From an uncultured delta proteobacterium (lineage in GTDB: Bacteria; Desulfobacterota; Binatia; UBA9968), in assembly GCA_963745035.1 (NCBI GenBank), contig CAVUVW010000027.1, positions 32,001-96,000 on the forward strand: 64,000 nt of DNA, written 5' to 3'. The stretch's first letter is position 1. Every line of letters starts with the position of its first letter. Positions 1-11,571 of the stretch are shown here, piece after piece. The position numbers and the translations under genes were made by a program. Below the pieces are notes generated by a model. That model did no database searches, was not told the DNA's origin, and saw nothing but the letters and a program-made list of their open reading frames with translations.

Positions 1-153
1 TTTGATCTTGGCGTGGGCCTTGGGGCTGAATAGCGTCTTGCCGTAGAGCATGTTGGGCAGCACGAGGTCGTAGCCATAGACGATTTGCCCGGTAACTTTT
101 TCGTCGGCATCGACTCGGGTGACGGGTTTTCCGACGACGGTGAGTTCAGACAT
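1..153 (-). CDS. Xanthine dehydrogenase/CoxL-family molybdopterin-binding subunit, N-terminal part (runs off the window)
   Basis: Manual translation MSELTVVGKPVTRVDADEKVTGQIVYGYDLVLPNMLYGKTLFSPKAHAKIK is the typical N-terminus; AGGAG RBS upstream; follows the CoxM/CoxS-like genes. Absent from the ORF track. Confidence 0.9.
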   Translation of the reverse strand, partial: MSELTVVGKPVTRVDADEKVTGQIVYGYDLVLPNMLYGKTLFSPKAHAKIK

Positions 154-173
154 TCTTAACTCCTCTACGAGTT

Positions 174-281
174 GTTCAAGCCGTTCAAGGCATTCAAGCT
201 GTGGTGCGGAGGCTACATTCCTTAAAACCGCTCGAAGGATTCAACGATTTGAACGGAGCGAAGCGGTTGAACGGCTTGAAC
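174..281. repeat. Intergenic palindromic element with a 15-bp perfect inverted repeat
   Basis: GTTCAAGCCGTTCAA (174-188) pairs with TTGAACGGCTTGAAC (267-281); internal TTCAA/TTGAAC sub-repeats. Confidence 0.75.
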
Positions 282-764
282 TTATTGAACGTGTTTGTTT
301 CGCATCATCGCCGCCGCGTCTTGCACCGCTTGAATGATCTTTGCGTAGCCGGTGCAGCGACAGAGGTTGCCGGAGAGCGCGTAGCGAATCTCTTCTTCGC
401 TGGGATTTTGGTTTTCATCGAGCAGCGCCTTGGACATCATCAACATGCCGGGCGTGCAGTAGCCGCACTGCGCCCCGCCGTCTTGAATGAATGCCTTCTG
501 GATCGGGTGCAGCTCGGGACCGATCTTGAGGCCTTCGATGGTGACGATGTCGGCGCCTTCGAGCTCGGCCGAGAGAACCAAACAGGAATTCACCGGCTTG
601 CCGTTCAAAAAAACCGTGCAAGCGCCGCAGTCGCCGGTGCCGCAGCCTTCCTTCGTGCCCGTTGCGCCGATCTCATCGCGCAAGAGATCAAGCAAGAGAC
701 GATGGTTCGGGACCTCACGGCTGACGCGCGTGCCGTTCAAGGTAAATTGAATCTGCTTCTTCAT
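282..764 (-). CDS. CoxS/XdhC-type (2Fe-2S)-binding small subunit
   Basis: GTKEGCGTGDCGACTV, QCGYCTPG and GNLCRCTGY motifs. Confidence 0.95.
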   Translation of the reverse strand: MKKQIQFTLNGTRVSREVPNHRLLLDLLRDEIGATGTKEGCGTGDCGACTVFLNGKPVNSCLVLSAELEGADIVTIEGLKIGPELHPIQKAFIQDGGAQCGYCTPGMLMMSKALLDENQNPSEEEIRYALSGNLCRCTGYAKIIQAVQDAAAMMRNKHVQ

Positions 765-781
765 GGTAACCTCAAATTCAC

Positions 782-853
782 TGGAGTACTGGAGTATTGG
801 AGTGATGGGTCTCGGATTCTCTTGCCCAACACTCCAATACTTCCATTACTCCA
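782..853. repeat. Intergenic palindromic element built from 8-bp TGGAGTA(C/T) units
   Basis: TGGAGTACTGGAGTATTGGAGTGATGG opposite CCAACACTCCAATACTTCCATTACTCCA. Confidence 0.7.
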
Positions 854-858
854 TTCTT

Positions 859-1768
859 CTAGTATCTTCTTTCGCGCCGCTCGACCCACGACTTCGCTGG
901 TCCAACGGCGGCGTTGAGAAGCGCCCGCTTGGTCATGACTCCTACCATGGCGCGGCGGTAATCGGCGGAGGAGCGCACGTCGCTGATGGGTTTGCTTTCT
1001 CGCGCTGCTTCGTCGCCTACTTGGGTGGCAAGCTCTTCGGTCAAGAGCTTTACCTTCAAGCAACGCTTCGGAATTCTTGGCTCGGATCGGCGTCGGGGCC
1101 ACCGCGCCGAGCACGATCCTGACCCCGGTACACTTCTTGTCACTGCCAAGATTGTAGGCGACCGCCACGCCGATGTAGGCGAGGTCCATCATGTCGCGCG
1201 GCGAAAATTTGATGTATTCGCCGACCAATTGCGCGCCGGTTTTGGGGATTGTAATTTCGGTCAGGATTTCGTCGGCGCTCATGGCGTTTTGTCCCGGGCC
1301 GCGGAAAAACTCTTCCAGGGACATGGTTCGTTCACCGGCGGTGCCGGCGATCTTCGCCGTCGCGTTGAGCGCGATCAGGGTCGGCGCCACGTCGGCAGAC
1401 GGCGTAGCGTTGGCCATGTTGCCGCCAATGGTGGCGCGGTTGCGAATCTGGATCGAGCCGACTTCGGCGGCACTTTGAGCGAGAAAAGGATACTTCTTTG
1501 TGATCACGGGCGAGGTCTCGATCGCGTACATGGTCGTCAGCGCGCCGATGGCGATGCTGCCGTCGTTGTTCTCGCGAATGCCGCTCAGTCCCGGCACGCG
1601 TTTGAGATCGACGATGTATTTCGGCAGCAAGCCTTTTTCTTTCATCGCGATGACCAAGTCGGTGCCGCCGGCAAGAAAGCGGCCGCCGGGGCCGTTTTCT
1701 TTGAGCAGCCGGCTGGCCTCTGCAAGAGTCGCCGGTTGGTAAAAATCAAATGGCTCTGTGCGTTTCAT
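859..1768 (-). CDS. CoxM/XdhB-type FAD-binding medium subunit (one frameshift near 1050)
   Basis: AGGTDL and QIRNRATIGGN motifs; the C-terminal PISDVRSSADYRR lies in the adjacent frame (ORF 859..1149). Confidence 0.9.
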
Positions 1769-1780
1769 AAACAAAAAGAC

Positions 1781-1810
1781 TGTAGGGGCGACCGGCCGGT
1801 CGCCCCTACA
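1781..1810. repeat. GTAG-type REP-like perfect palindrome
   Basis: TGTAGGGGCGACCGGCCGGTCGCCCCTACA is its own reverse complement; a near-copy lies at 15297-15324. Confidence 0.85.
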
Positions 1811-1837
1811 AATAATCACTCCTGTTGTTGCCGGCCG

Positions 1838-3208
1838 TTAAATAAGCGGCTTGAGCGCTTTGCCGATCGCCTTGCCGCAGGGCTCGCCGTCTCGCATCTG
1901 GACGTGGCCGCGCACGACGGTCAACACCGGCATGCCTTTGACTTTCCAGCCATGCCACGGCGACGGTTTGTTCTTGCTGTGGAGTTTGTTGACGTCGATG
2001 GTGCCTTCCTTGTCCATGTCGACGACCGTGATGTCGCCGTCCGAGCCGAGCCGAATTGCGCCCTTCTTCGGATAGACCTGCCAAACTTTCGCCGGGTTCT
2101 CGGAGGCGACTTTCACATACTGGTTGAGGGTCAAGCGGCCCTTGTTCACTTCAGTCAAGATCAACGGCACGCCGGTTTCAACCCCGCAGAATCCGGAGAT
2201 GCAATCCCAGATCGCCGGCTTCGTGAGCTTGCCGTAAATGTCGGAGCCTTTCTCATCCAAGGTGTGCGGCGAATGATCGGTTGCAAGTGTATCGACGTAA
2301 CCTTCGCGCAGACCTTGCCAAAGAACTTCCGCATGGTCCTGGGTGCGGACCGGCGGATTCATCTTGAGCAGCGAGCCGACTTTGTCCATGTCGTTCGGTT
2401 CGCGCAGGAGATAGTGCGGGCCGGTTTCGGCCGTGACTCTCAAGCCGCGCGCCTTGGCGTCGCGCACCATGTACGCCGCCTGCTTCGAGCTCATATGGAA
2501 GACGTGCAGCTTGGTGCCGAAAGTTTCGGCGAAGAAGAGCGCGTGGTGCACCGATTCCGCCTCGCAGATATCCGGCCGGGAGGCTTCCCAGTAGCGCGCC
2601 TCGTTCTTGTTTTCCTGTTTCAGTTTGTTGGTGCAGTAGGCCATGATCTGGCGATTCTCGGCATGGATGCCGAGCGGCAGCTTCGACTGCGCGATGTAGT
2701 CGAAGGCTTCCATGCACATGCCGTCGTCGGGGAAGGGAAGATTGCCGATGGTTTCGCCGAAGAAGATCTTGTAGCCGATGGCGCCGGCGGCGGCCATGGG
2801 GAGAATGTCTTTGGTGTTCGTTTGCACGACGACGCCGGTGATGCCGAAATCGACCAGCGATTTGGCTTCGCCCAGTTCCTTCTTGACCTTCACCTGCTCG
2901 GCGTCGGACGTCGGCGGCACCGTATTCGGCATGTCGACGACCGTGGTGATGCCGCCGCAGACCGCCGCGGTCGATCCGGTGGTGAAATCTTCCTTGTGGG
3001 TCATGCCGGGTTCGCGGAAATGAACGTGGCCGTCGAAGAGGCCCGGCAGGATATGCTTGCCTTTGACGTCGATTTCTTCTTTGCCCTGAGGCAGTGAATC
3101 GTCCGCGCCGATGGCGACGATCTTTTCGCCGCTGATGGCGACACCGCCTTTGAACGTCGCGTCGGGTGTCACCACCCAACCATTTTTAATAACCAAATCT
3201 GCTGCCAT
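1838..3208 (-). CDS. Dihydroorotase/allantoinase-family cyclic amidohydrolase
   Basis: DGHVHFREPG, GGITTVVDMPNT, KMNPPVR and ATDHSPH motifs; start MAADLVIK after a GGAGG RBS. Confidence 0.9.
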   Translation of the reverse strand: MAADLVIKNGWVVTPDATFKGGVAISGEKIVAIGADDSLPQGKEEIDVKGKHILPGLFDGHVHFREPGMTHKEDFTTGSTAAVCGGITTVVDMPNTVPPTSDAEQVKVKKELGEAKSLVDFGITGVVVQTNTKDILPMAAAGAIGYKIFFGETIGNLPFPDDGMCMEAFDYIAQSKLPLGIHAENRQIMAYCTNKLKQENKNEARYWEASRPDICEAESVHHALFFAETFGTKLHVFHMSSKQAAYMVRDAKARGLRVTAETGPHYLLREPNDMDKVGSLLKMNPPVRTQDHAEVLWQGLREGYVDTLATDHSPHTLDEKGSDIYGKLTKPAIWDCISGFCGVETGVPLILTEVNKGRLTLNQYVKVASENPAKVWQVYPKKGAIRLGSDGDITVVDMDKEGTIDVNKLHSKNKPSPWHGWKVKGMPVLTVVRGHVQMRDGEPCGKAIGKALKPLI

Positions 3209-3242
3209 TGTCTTTCTTTCCTCCTTCTTTGATTTCCAATAT

Positions 3243-3966
3243 CTAACCGTCGCTGGCCACAGCCCGCAGCCCGCGCATCGCTTGCCGCTGCTCAAGATCA
3301 GCCATGACATTTTTCTTGCCCGCTTGAATGTGATTGCGCAGGATCGCCACCGCCTGCCCCGCATCGCGCCGCTCCATGGCTTCGAGCAGACATAAATGCT
3401 CCTGATGCGCCGACATCCCGCGCGCCGGATCATACAAACCGTCGGTCCGGCGCTTGAGCACGATGCGCTCGAACACGTGGCTCAAAGTGTTTTTGAGCGT
3501 CTCGTTACCGGTAAGCTCGGCGATCGCAAGATGGACGTCCTGATCATAAATTAAGCGCTCGCGCGTGAATCGGTTTTGCACGTCCAGGCCGTAAACGTTC
3601 ATCTTCTCCCGCAGCTCGCGAAGCGCCGCATCGGAGACGGTTTGCGATGGCTTTCTCCACTGCGAAAGCTTCCAAGGCTTCACGGAGCTCATAGAGCTCT
3701 TCCGCCTCTTGCATTCTAATTTCTTTGCAGGTAAAACCGCGATTCGGTAGAAAGGAAACGTATCCTTCCTGGACAAGCCGAGTCAATGCTTCGCGAATAG
3801 GCGTCCGACTCACGCCGAGACGTTCACTGAGCTGTTGGTGATGCAATTTTTGTCCCGGCATAATCTCGTTGCACAGAATCAGATTCTTAATTTGATTGTA
3901 AACGCGGGCTGAAAGGTTTTCGACGGCGCGCGTTTTGGTTTTGGCTCTCTTCAGCGGGTAAGGCAT
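3243..3966 (-). CDS. GntR/FCD-family transcriptional regulator (frameshift near 3640)
   Basis: wHTH LSERLGVSRTPIREAL in ORF 3544..4023; FCD C-terminus EH...HI in ORF 3243..3776. Confidence 0.88.
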
Positions 3967-3975
3967 CAGCTGGTT

Positions 3976-3989
3976 TTTTGCATGCAAAA
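3976..3989. promoter_or_regulatory. Candidate GntR operator palindrome
   Basis: Perfect 14-bp palindrome TTTTGCATGCAAAA 10 bp upstream of the gntR start, in the divergent promoter region; a half-site ATGCAA follows. Confidence 0.45.
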
Positions 3990-4215
3990 GTTTATGCAAT
4001 GTCGCGAAACCTATCTGATCCAATCTGTGTTGTCAACGAAGGTTACTTTCCGCTTGAAAAATCAAATTAAAATGATAAGAAGCTTCCGACCTGATGGTCC
4101 GAAGGCTACGCGATTGTTGCGCTAAGGAAGAATTTTCAGCGTCGAACGTCGAGAATGGAGCGTCGAGGACTTATTTGTCGGGAATTTATTTCGGGAATTT
4201 ATTTAAGGAGGGATT

Positions 4216-5031
4216 GTGGCACAGACTAAATTACAGGCGATTGGATTGCGGCACGAGTACTACCAGCCGCGAACGGGCGGCAGACTTTTGGCGCTGGACA
4301 ACATCAATCTGCAGGTCGAAGACGGCGAGTTCGTGACCATCGTCGGGCCCAGCGGTTGCGGCAAGACAACCTTTATCAATCTCTGCGACGGCTTGCTCAA
4401 ACCCACCGCCGGAAAGATCATGATCGACGGCAAGCAGATTACGGGCCCGGGAACTGACCGCGGCATGGTGTTTCAGGATTCCTGCCTGATGCCCTGGCGC
4501 ACGGTGTTCAAGAACGTGATCTTTGGTCTCGAGTGCCAAAAACTCGATAACGGCGAAGGGCAGGCGCGCGCCAACAAGTTCATCAAGCTGGTCGGTTTGC
4601 AAGGATTCGAAGAACACTACCCGCACGAACTTTCCGGCGGTATGCAGCAGCGCTGCAATCTGGCGCGCGCTCTCACGGTCGATCCCAAGATCCTGATCAT
4701 GGACGAGCCGTTCGCCGCTCTCGATGCGCAAACGCGCGAAATCATGCAGGCGGAGTTGCTGCGTATTTGGAGCGAGGCCAGGAAAACGATGCTTTTCATC
4801 ACTCACCAGATCAACGAAGCGATCTATCTGGCTGATCGAGTGATCGTGTTCGGCGCGCGCCCAGGAAAAGTCAAAGAAATGATCAAAATCGACCTGCCGC
4901 GGCCGCGCGAACTGTCGATCAAGCGCGATCCCATGTTCTTGCAATATGAAGACAGCTTTGGAACTTGATCGAAGAAGAGGTCAAGAAGACCATGGTCGCA
5001 AGACCAGATCGTGCACAACATCAACAACTAG
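4216..5031 (+). CDS. NitT/TauT-type ABC transporter ATP-binding protein (frameshifts near the 3' end)
   Basis: GPSGCGKT, LSGGMQQR and MDEPF motifs; natural C-terminus ...WNLIEEEVKKTMVQDQIVHNINN* (TAG 5029-5031) recovered by indel correction. Confidence 0.88.
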
Positions 5032-5055
5032 CAGTGTCGGATCAGGAGTTAGCAC

Positions 5056-6751
5056 ATGGGGAGTCGTTCAATTCCCAATCCCTGATTCTAATCGGCTGTA
5101 CAGCTTTCGTCCTATATCTTGCGGGGATTCCGCTTCTGATGCTGCTTTACGGCAGCATCAGAAGCGCACCCATTGGCGAGCCGGGCGCGACTTACACGAT
5201 TCAGAATTACATCAAGGCGTACTTCGATAAGGAGTTCTATCTCCTTCTTCTCAATTCGGTCTATTACGCCCTCGGCACTTGCACCCTCACGTTTCTCATC
5301 GGGACGTTTCTCGCCTGGGTGAGCGAGCGGACGAACACGCCGTTCAAAAAACTGTTCATCGTCATGTCCTTGATCCCGTTCATTATTCCCGGGATCTTGA
5401 GCACGATTTCGTGGATACTTTTGCTCAGCCCGAAAATCGGCTTGATCAATATTGTCATTAAGGAAGCCTTCGGACTCGAGGCGGCGCCGTTCAACGTCTA
5501 CTCGATGTGGGGAATGATCTGGGCGGAGTCGATTCATCTCTATCCGCTGGTGTTTCTCTTGATGTCGGCGGCTTTCCGCAACATGGATACCTCTTTGGAA
5601 GAGGCGGCCCTCACCGCCGGGTCGAGCACCTGGCAAACTTTTCGGAAGGTGACGCTGCCGCTCATGCGCCCGGCGATGTTCAGCGTGTTGTTGATCAATT
5701 TCATCCGTGGCATCGAGGCTTTCGAAGTGCCGGCGCTGATCGGCGTGCCGGCCAAAATTTCGGTTTTCACCACCAAGATTTTTCTCGCTATTCATCAGTT
5801 TCCGTCCGACTTCGGGCTCGCCGGCGCCTATGCGGTGACGCTTTTGGTGATCAGCACGGTCGGGGTGCTGATTTATGGAAAGATCACGCGCCGGGAAGAA
5901 CGCTACGCAACGGTGACCGGTAAAGGTTATCGGCCGCGGGTGATCGATCTCGGGAGCTGGAAGTACGTCACTCTGGGAATTTCCTTCTTGATATTTTTTT
6001 CTGGCCGTCATCATGCCCGTATTCGTTTTACTCTGGTCATCGTTCATTCCTTACTATGGCGTGCCTTCCATGGAACTGATGCAGAAGATGACCTTTGCCA
6101 ACTATCACTACATCATCAATTATCCGTTGGCGTGGACCGCGTTTAAAAATAGCTTCTATCTGTCCGTGGGCTCCGCGACATTGGTCATGCTGCTGACATC
6201 GGTGATCGCTTGGATCACCGTGAAGACCAAGTTGCCGGGAAGAGGCTTCCTTGACACGATGACTTTTATCCCGATCGCCATGCCCGGGATTGTCTTGGGC
6301 GTGAGCTTGATCTGGGTTTATCTCACTTTGCCCATTCCGATCTATGGAACGATTTGGGTCTTGCTGCTTGGCCTATATGACGAAATACATTCCCTACGGC
6401 ATTCGCGCCGCCTCGGCCTCGATGATTCAGATCAATAAAGAGCTGGAAGAGGCCTCGTTCACCGCCGGTGGAACATGGTTTCAGACTTTTCGGAAAATCA
6501 TTCTGCCGTTGTTGATGCCCGGCTTTACAGCCGGTTGGATCTATATCAGCATCATTGCATTGCGCGAATTGTCCACGTCGATTTTGCTCTATTCATACAA
6601 CAGCACCGTTTTATCGATCATGGCGTTTGATCTTTGGGAAGGCGGCCAGTACACCTATGTCTGCGCTCTGGGCGTGTTGATGGTCTTGCTGCTGGTCAGC
6701 ATGGCTGCCGTCGCGCGCAAGCTCGGCGCCAAAATCGGTATCGCGGAATAA
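5056..6751 (+). CDS. Fe3+/polyamine-type ABC permease with two EAA repeats (frameshifted)
   Basis: AGGAG RBS and ATG at 5056; two LEEAA/LEEAS motifs spread over ORFs 4965..6146, 6013..6438 and 6344..6751. Confidence 0.85.
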
Positions 6752-6817
6752 GATACTCGGTTCTGAGTCTGACCGGTCGCCGCTCTCGTTGCGGCTGCGG
6801 GGTCATCTGGAGGAGAA

Positions 6818-7968
6818 ATGGCAGAAAAAAGAGACATGGTGCAAATCGGCGCGCTGGAGAAATATCTTCGGCGAAGACAAGGAACGCGTCCATGTTCTTA
6901 AGGGAGTGACGCTGAACATTCCCGAGGGATCGCTTTACACGTTTCTTGGCCCGAGCGGCTGCGGCAAGACCACAACGCTCCGCTGCGTGGCCGGTTTGGA
7001 GCGTCCGGACGGCGGCAAGATCAGCATCGGCGGGCAGACCGTTTATGCTTCGGGCGAACGGGTCTACGTGCCGACCAACAAGCGGCCGATCGGGATGGTG
7101 TTCCAATCCTACGCCATCTGGCCGCACATGACGGTGGCGGAAAACGTCGCCTATCCGCTGACCATCCAGCGGAAATCCAAGGACGTGATCAAACGCAGAG
7201 TCGGCGATGTTTTGAAAATCGTCGGGCTAGACGGTTTGGAAGATCGTCCGGCGCCTAAACTGTCCGGCGGGCAGCAGCAACGGGTTGCCTTTGCGCGCGC
7301 TCTGATCAACGAGCCGAAAGTCATGCTGCTCGACGAGCCGTTGAGCAATCTCGACGCCAAATTGCGCGTGCAGATGAGATCCGAGATCAAGGCGCTGCAG
7401 CGCAGAACCAATATTACGACCATCTTCGTCACCCACGACCAGGCGGAGGCGTTGGCCATCTCGGACCAGATTGCGGTCATGCACGGCGGGGTGTTGATCG
7501 AAGTCGGCGCGCCGCATCAGCTTTACTCTCGGCCAACTCGCCGCTTCACCGCGACATTCTTAGGTCTCACCAACTTGATCGACGGCAAGATCGTCGAGCT
7601 CGACGGCGATGGCAAGCCGGGAAAGATCCAAACCAAAAAAGGGCTGCTCTCGTTCATCCCGGCGCCGGGACTGAAGAAAGATCAAGCGGCGGTGATATCG
7701 ATCCGGCCGGAGAACATTCCCCTATACAAGGAGAAACCGCGCGATTTCGGAAAACGTTCTGGAAGGCACGGTCAAGGAAGCGGTTTTCATGGGCGACTCT
7801 TATCAGTGTAAAGTCGCGGTGGGAGATGATCTCCTGGCCGTGCATACTCATCCTTTCAACTCCGTAAGCCCTGGAGACAAAGTTTATTTGCAATTGGATC
7901 CCGCGAGTTGCAACGGCTTGCCGGCGGACGATAAAGAGGGTGTTGATGAATCGATGTTGGGGGACTAG
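6818..7968 (+). CDS. PotA/FbpC-type ABC ATP-binding protein with TOBE domain (frameshifted)
   Basis: GPSGCGKTT, LSGGQQQRVA, DEPLSNLDAKLR and THDQ motifs; GGAG RBS at 6812; C-terminus in another frame ending at TAG 7968. Confidence 0.88.
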
Positions 7969-8006
7969 AATGCGCCCAAGCCGAGATTGAAAGGAGACTT
8001 ATTGAA

Positions 8007-9497
8007 ATGACCGCACTAGAGGCTAGGAAACTAGCCGAAGACGAAATGAAAGCCGGGAAAACCCCGAAGTACACCGACCTGCGTGAATGGTTGGAGATCG
8101 TCGACAGCGTCGGCGAACTGAAAAAGATCGATGGCGCCGATTGGAACCTCGAAATGGGTACCCTGGCCGAGCTATTATCCCGCGAAACCAAAAGCGGCTC
8201 CGTGCCGGCGGTTCTATTCGACAACGTCCCCGGTTATCCAAAAGGTTTCCGCACTCTGTTCGCCCAAAACGCTTCGTTCAAACGCATGGCGTTGAATTTG
8301 GGCCTGGACATGAACCTTTCCAGTCTCGATTTGGTGCGCGCCTTCCGCCAAAAGCTCGTGACTCACGAGCCGATCAAGCACAAGGTCGTCACCAAAGGGC
8401 CGATTCTTGAAAACGTCGATTCCGGCGACAAGGTCGACCTGCTCAAATTCCCGGTTCCTTTCATGCACGAATTGGATGGCGGCCGCTTCATCGGCACCGC
8501 TTGCTTGGTGACCACTCGCGACCCCGATGAAGGCTGGGTAAATTTCGGCGCTTACCGCGGCATGGTGCATGACAAAAATAGCATGGGCCTCTACATCTCT
8601 CCCGGCAAGCACGGCAGCATTCAGCGCAACAAGTATTTCGAACGCGGCAAGCCTTGCCCGGTCGTCGTTTCGGTCGGCCAGGATCCGGTGTTGTTCATGG
8701 TTTCCGGTAACGAGATCGACTACGGCGTGTCAGAATTCGATTATGCCGGCGGTCTCAAGGGCGCTCCCATCGAAGTCATCGAAGGCAAATCCACCGGCTT
8801 GCCGTTCGCGGCGCAAGCGGAAATCGTCATCGAAGGTTGGATGGATCCGACCGACCGAAAGACCGAAGGTCCGTTCGGCGAATGGACCGGTTATTATGCC
8901 AGCTCGAGCCGTCCGGAACCGGTGATCCGCGTCGAAAACGTTTATTACAGAAACGATCCGATTCTCTGCTGCGCTCGTCCGGGCCGTCCGCCGTCGGATT
9001 ATTCCATCGCCAAATGCATGGTGAAGGCGGCGTTGATCTGGGAGCAGGTCGAAAAAGCCGGCGTTCCCGATGTCAGAGGCGTATGGTGCCACGAGGCCGG
9101 CGGCGGCCGCCTGTTCAACATCATCTCGATCAAGCAGCGCTATCCCGGCCATGCGCGCCAGGCCATGTTGGTCGCTTCCCAAGTCCATGCCGGCGCGTAT
9201 CTCGGGCGTTACGTGATCGTCGTCGACGAGGACATCGATCCGACCAACACCTTCGACGTGATCTGGGCGTTGGCCAGCCGTTCCGATCCGGTGGAGTCGA
9301 TCGAAATTCTCCGCCGCTGCTGGAGCGGCCCGCTCGATCCGCGCATTCAACCCGGCAAGAAGGGCTTCAACTCCCGCGCGGTGATCGATGCTTGCCGTCC
9401 GTTCGAGTGGATGAAAGATTTCCCGCCGGTCGCCGAGTCTTCGCCTGAGCTGAAGGAGAAGATCTACAACAAGTGGAAGAAGGTTATCGAAGGATAG
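8007..9497 (+). CDS. UbiD-family prFMN-dependent (de)carboxylase
   Basis: DGGRFIGT, GAYRG, EGPFGEWTGYY and VDEDIDP motifs. Confidence 0.93.
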   Translation: MTALEARKLAEDEMKAGKTPKYTDLREWLEIVDSVGELKKIDGADWNLEMGTLAELLSRETKSGSVPAVLFDNVPGYPKGFRTLFAQNASFKRMALNLGLDMNLSSLDLVRAFRQKLVTHEPIKHKVVTKGPILENVDSGDKVDLLKFPVPFMHELDGGRFIGTACLVTTRDPDEGWVNFGAYRGMVHDKNSMGLYISPGKHGSIQRNKYFERGKPCPVVVSVGQDPVLFMVSGNEIDYGVSEFDYAGGLKGAPIEVIEGKSTGLPFAAQAEIVIEGWMDPTDRKTEGPFGEWTGYYASSSRPEPVIRVENVYYRNDPILCCARPGRPPSDYSIAKCMVKAALIWEQVEKAGVPDVRGVWCHEAGGGRLFNIISIKQRYPGHARQAMLVASQVHAGAYLGRYVIVVDEDIDPTNTFDVIWALASRSDPVESIEILRRCWSGPLDPRIQPGKKGFNSRAVIDACRPFEWMKDFPPVAESSPELKEKIYNKWKKVIEG

Positions 9498-9522
9498 TCG
9501 AGACTTCGAATTCAGATAATAG

Positions 9523-9558
9523 AATGGCGGCCGTGCTAGACGGTCGCCATTTTTTTTG
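9523..9558 (+). terminator. Rho-independent terminator
   Basis: AATGGCGGCCGT / ACGGTCGCCATT stem followed by a T-run, immediately after the UbiD gene. Confidence 0.8.
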
Positions 9559-9643
9559 GCCATGCGGGCGCAGCGAATCGAGGACTATTTCAAATTTCTT
9601 CGTTGTGGCGCAGAGAAGCGGTCGCAGATCTCTCGCTGCGATT

Positions 9644-11571
9644 TTACAGACTTCGACCTCGTGGCCGGCTGCTTGCAGTTTTCGTCTGAGTCATTGTGGT
9701 TGCGCTGCGACCTGCGCCGCTTGCGGCGCGGCGCTTGATGAGTTGGGTCACGATTACCATGGCCCCGAGGCCGCCCCCTGCCAGGTCGGTCCAAATTCCA
9801 GGAAAAACGAGGCATATTCCACCACCGATGAGCAATGCTCGCTGCCAGTAGGAAGCGGCGGTGAGGAAATAGCCGTGCAGTCCGCCGGCGAACAGCGCGA
9901 TGCCGACCGTGGCCGTCGCAAAGCTCCATACGATGGTCGGCCAGTCGCCGATCATCAATAACGCGGGCTGATAGACGAACATGAAGGGGATGATGAAACC
10001 GGCGGCGCCGATTTTCATGGCGGCCCAGCCGCTGTCCCACATGTCCGCTTTTGCCAGGCCGGCGGCGGCGAATACCGCGAGCGCCACGGGCGGCGTGATC
10101 GCCGAGAGAATCGCGTAATAAAAGGCGAACATATGCGCCGCCGGCTCGATGACGCCGAGCTTCATGATGCGCCGGGATGAGCAACGCGGTGAGGACGATG
10201 TAAGAGGGGGTGGTAGGGAGGCCGGTACCGAGCACGATGGCCGCAAGCATCGTCATGAACAGCGCGATAAAAAGGGTGTTCTGCGCCAGCGCGACGACCC
10301 ATTGGGTAAAGACGATACCCAGCCCCGACAGAGTAACCACGCCGATCATGATGCCGGCGGAAGCGCAGGCGAGCGCTACCGGGAGCGAATTCTTTGCGCC
10401 GTCCACCATCGCCTCGATGACGTTGGAGAGCGTGACAGTGATCGCGCGTCGACTTGCGCAGAGCGGCCGCCGGGAAGCAGGCGAGCGTTCCGGCAAGCGC
10501 GGCGAGCGGCGCGCTGTAGCCCGAATACATGACGGCTAAAAGTATGATGATCGGCAAGAAGAGGTGTCCGCGCTCTGCCACGACCACGCCGAGCTTTGGC
10601 AGCTCCGAGCGGGGCACGCCGACGATGCCGCGGCGTTTGGCCTCGAAGTGGACCGCGCCGAAGCAAGCGACGTAGTAGAGAATGGCGGGGATGATCGCCC
10701 AGATCACCACTTGCCTGTAAGGAACGGCAAGGAACTCAGCCATCACGAAAGCAGCGGCGCCCATGATCGGCGGCATGAGCTGGCCGCCGGTCGACGCGGT
10801 CGCTTCGACGCCGGCGGCGAAATGCGGCGGAAATCCCGAGCGCTTCATCAGCGGGATCGAGATCGGTCCGTCGACCATGACGTTGGCGACCGCGCTGCCG
10901 GAGATCGTGCCGAACAGGCCGGAGCTGATGACCGAGACTTTGCCGGGACCACCGGCGCTGTAACCGGTCAGCGCCATGGCAAAGTCCATGAACAATTGGC
11001 CGATGCCCGTCCGCTCCATGAAGCTGCCGAACAGCACGAAAATGATCACGAACGACGCCGACACTCCGAGCGCCTGGCCGAAAATACCCTCCGTCGTCAT
11101 GTAGAGCTGATCGAGCATGCGCATCGGCTCGAGCTTGGCAATGAACAGCCCGTACAGGATGAAAATAATCGAGATGACGGGCAGCGACACATCGACACAA
11201 CGGCGGGTCGCTTCGGTCACCACCACGAGCAGGATCGTGGCGCAGATCATGTCCGAAGCCGTCAGCGCGTCGATGTAATAGATGCGCGTAACGACGTACT
11301 CGTAATTGATGAACAGGTAGAGGAGCGACGCTGCGGCGAGCGCCAGCCACGCGTAATCGATGGCGGTTGGGATCGGCCTTTGGGTGCCTGCCTTGGCGCC
11401 GTAAATCAGGAAGGCTAGAACTAGCGCGAACAGCAGGTGCGTGCCGCGAAAAATGATCGCTTCCGGCTGGCCGGCCAGAATCACCCACATGTGATAGAGG
11501 CCCATGGCGACGGCGGTCACCGTCACCGCAAGACGGGTCAGGGCGGCGTAACTGAAGTGGATCTCTTTCAC
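9644..11571 (-). CDS. TRAP transporter 4TM/12TM fused permease (two frameshifts)
   Basis: GGPGK, GTISGSAVANV, STGGQLMPPIMGAAAF, GTGLPTTPSY and ITPPVALA motifs over three frames; next to TAXI. Confidence 0.9.

Noticed and set aside
986-3097. Long antisense/overlapping ORFs (e.g. 986..3097+, 25715..27067-, 35173..36321-, 52895..53797-, 58255..59286-)
   Set aside because: These are shadow ORFs of well-supported genes in GC-rich DNA, with no recognisable motifs.
4216-6146. Apparent ABC ATPase-permease fusion through ORF 4965..6146
   Set aside because: Indel correction gives a natural ATPase stop (TAG 5031) and a separate AGGAG+ATG at 5056; the link is an artefact of offsetting indels.
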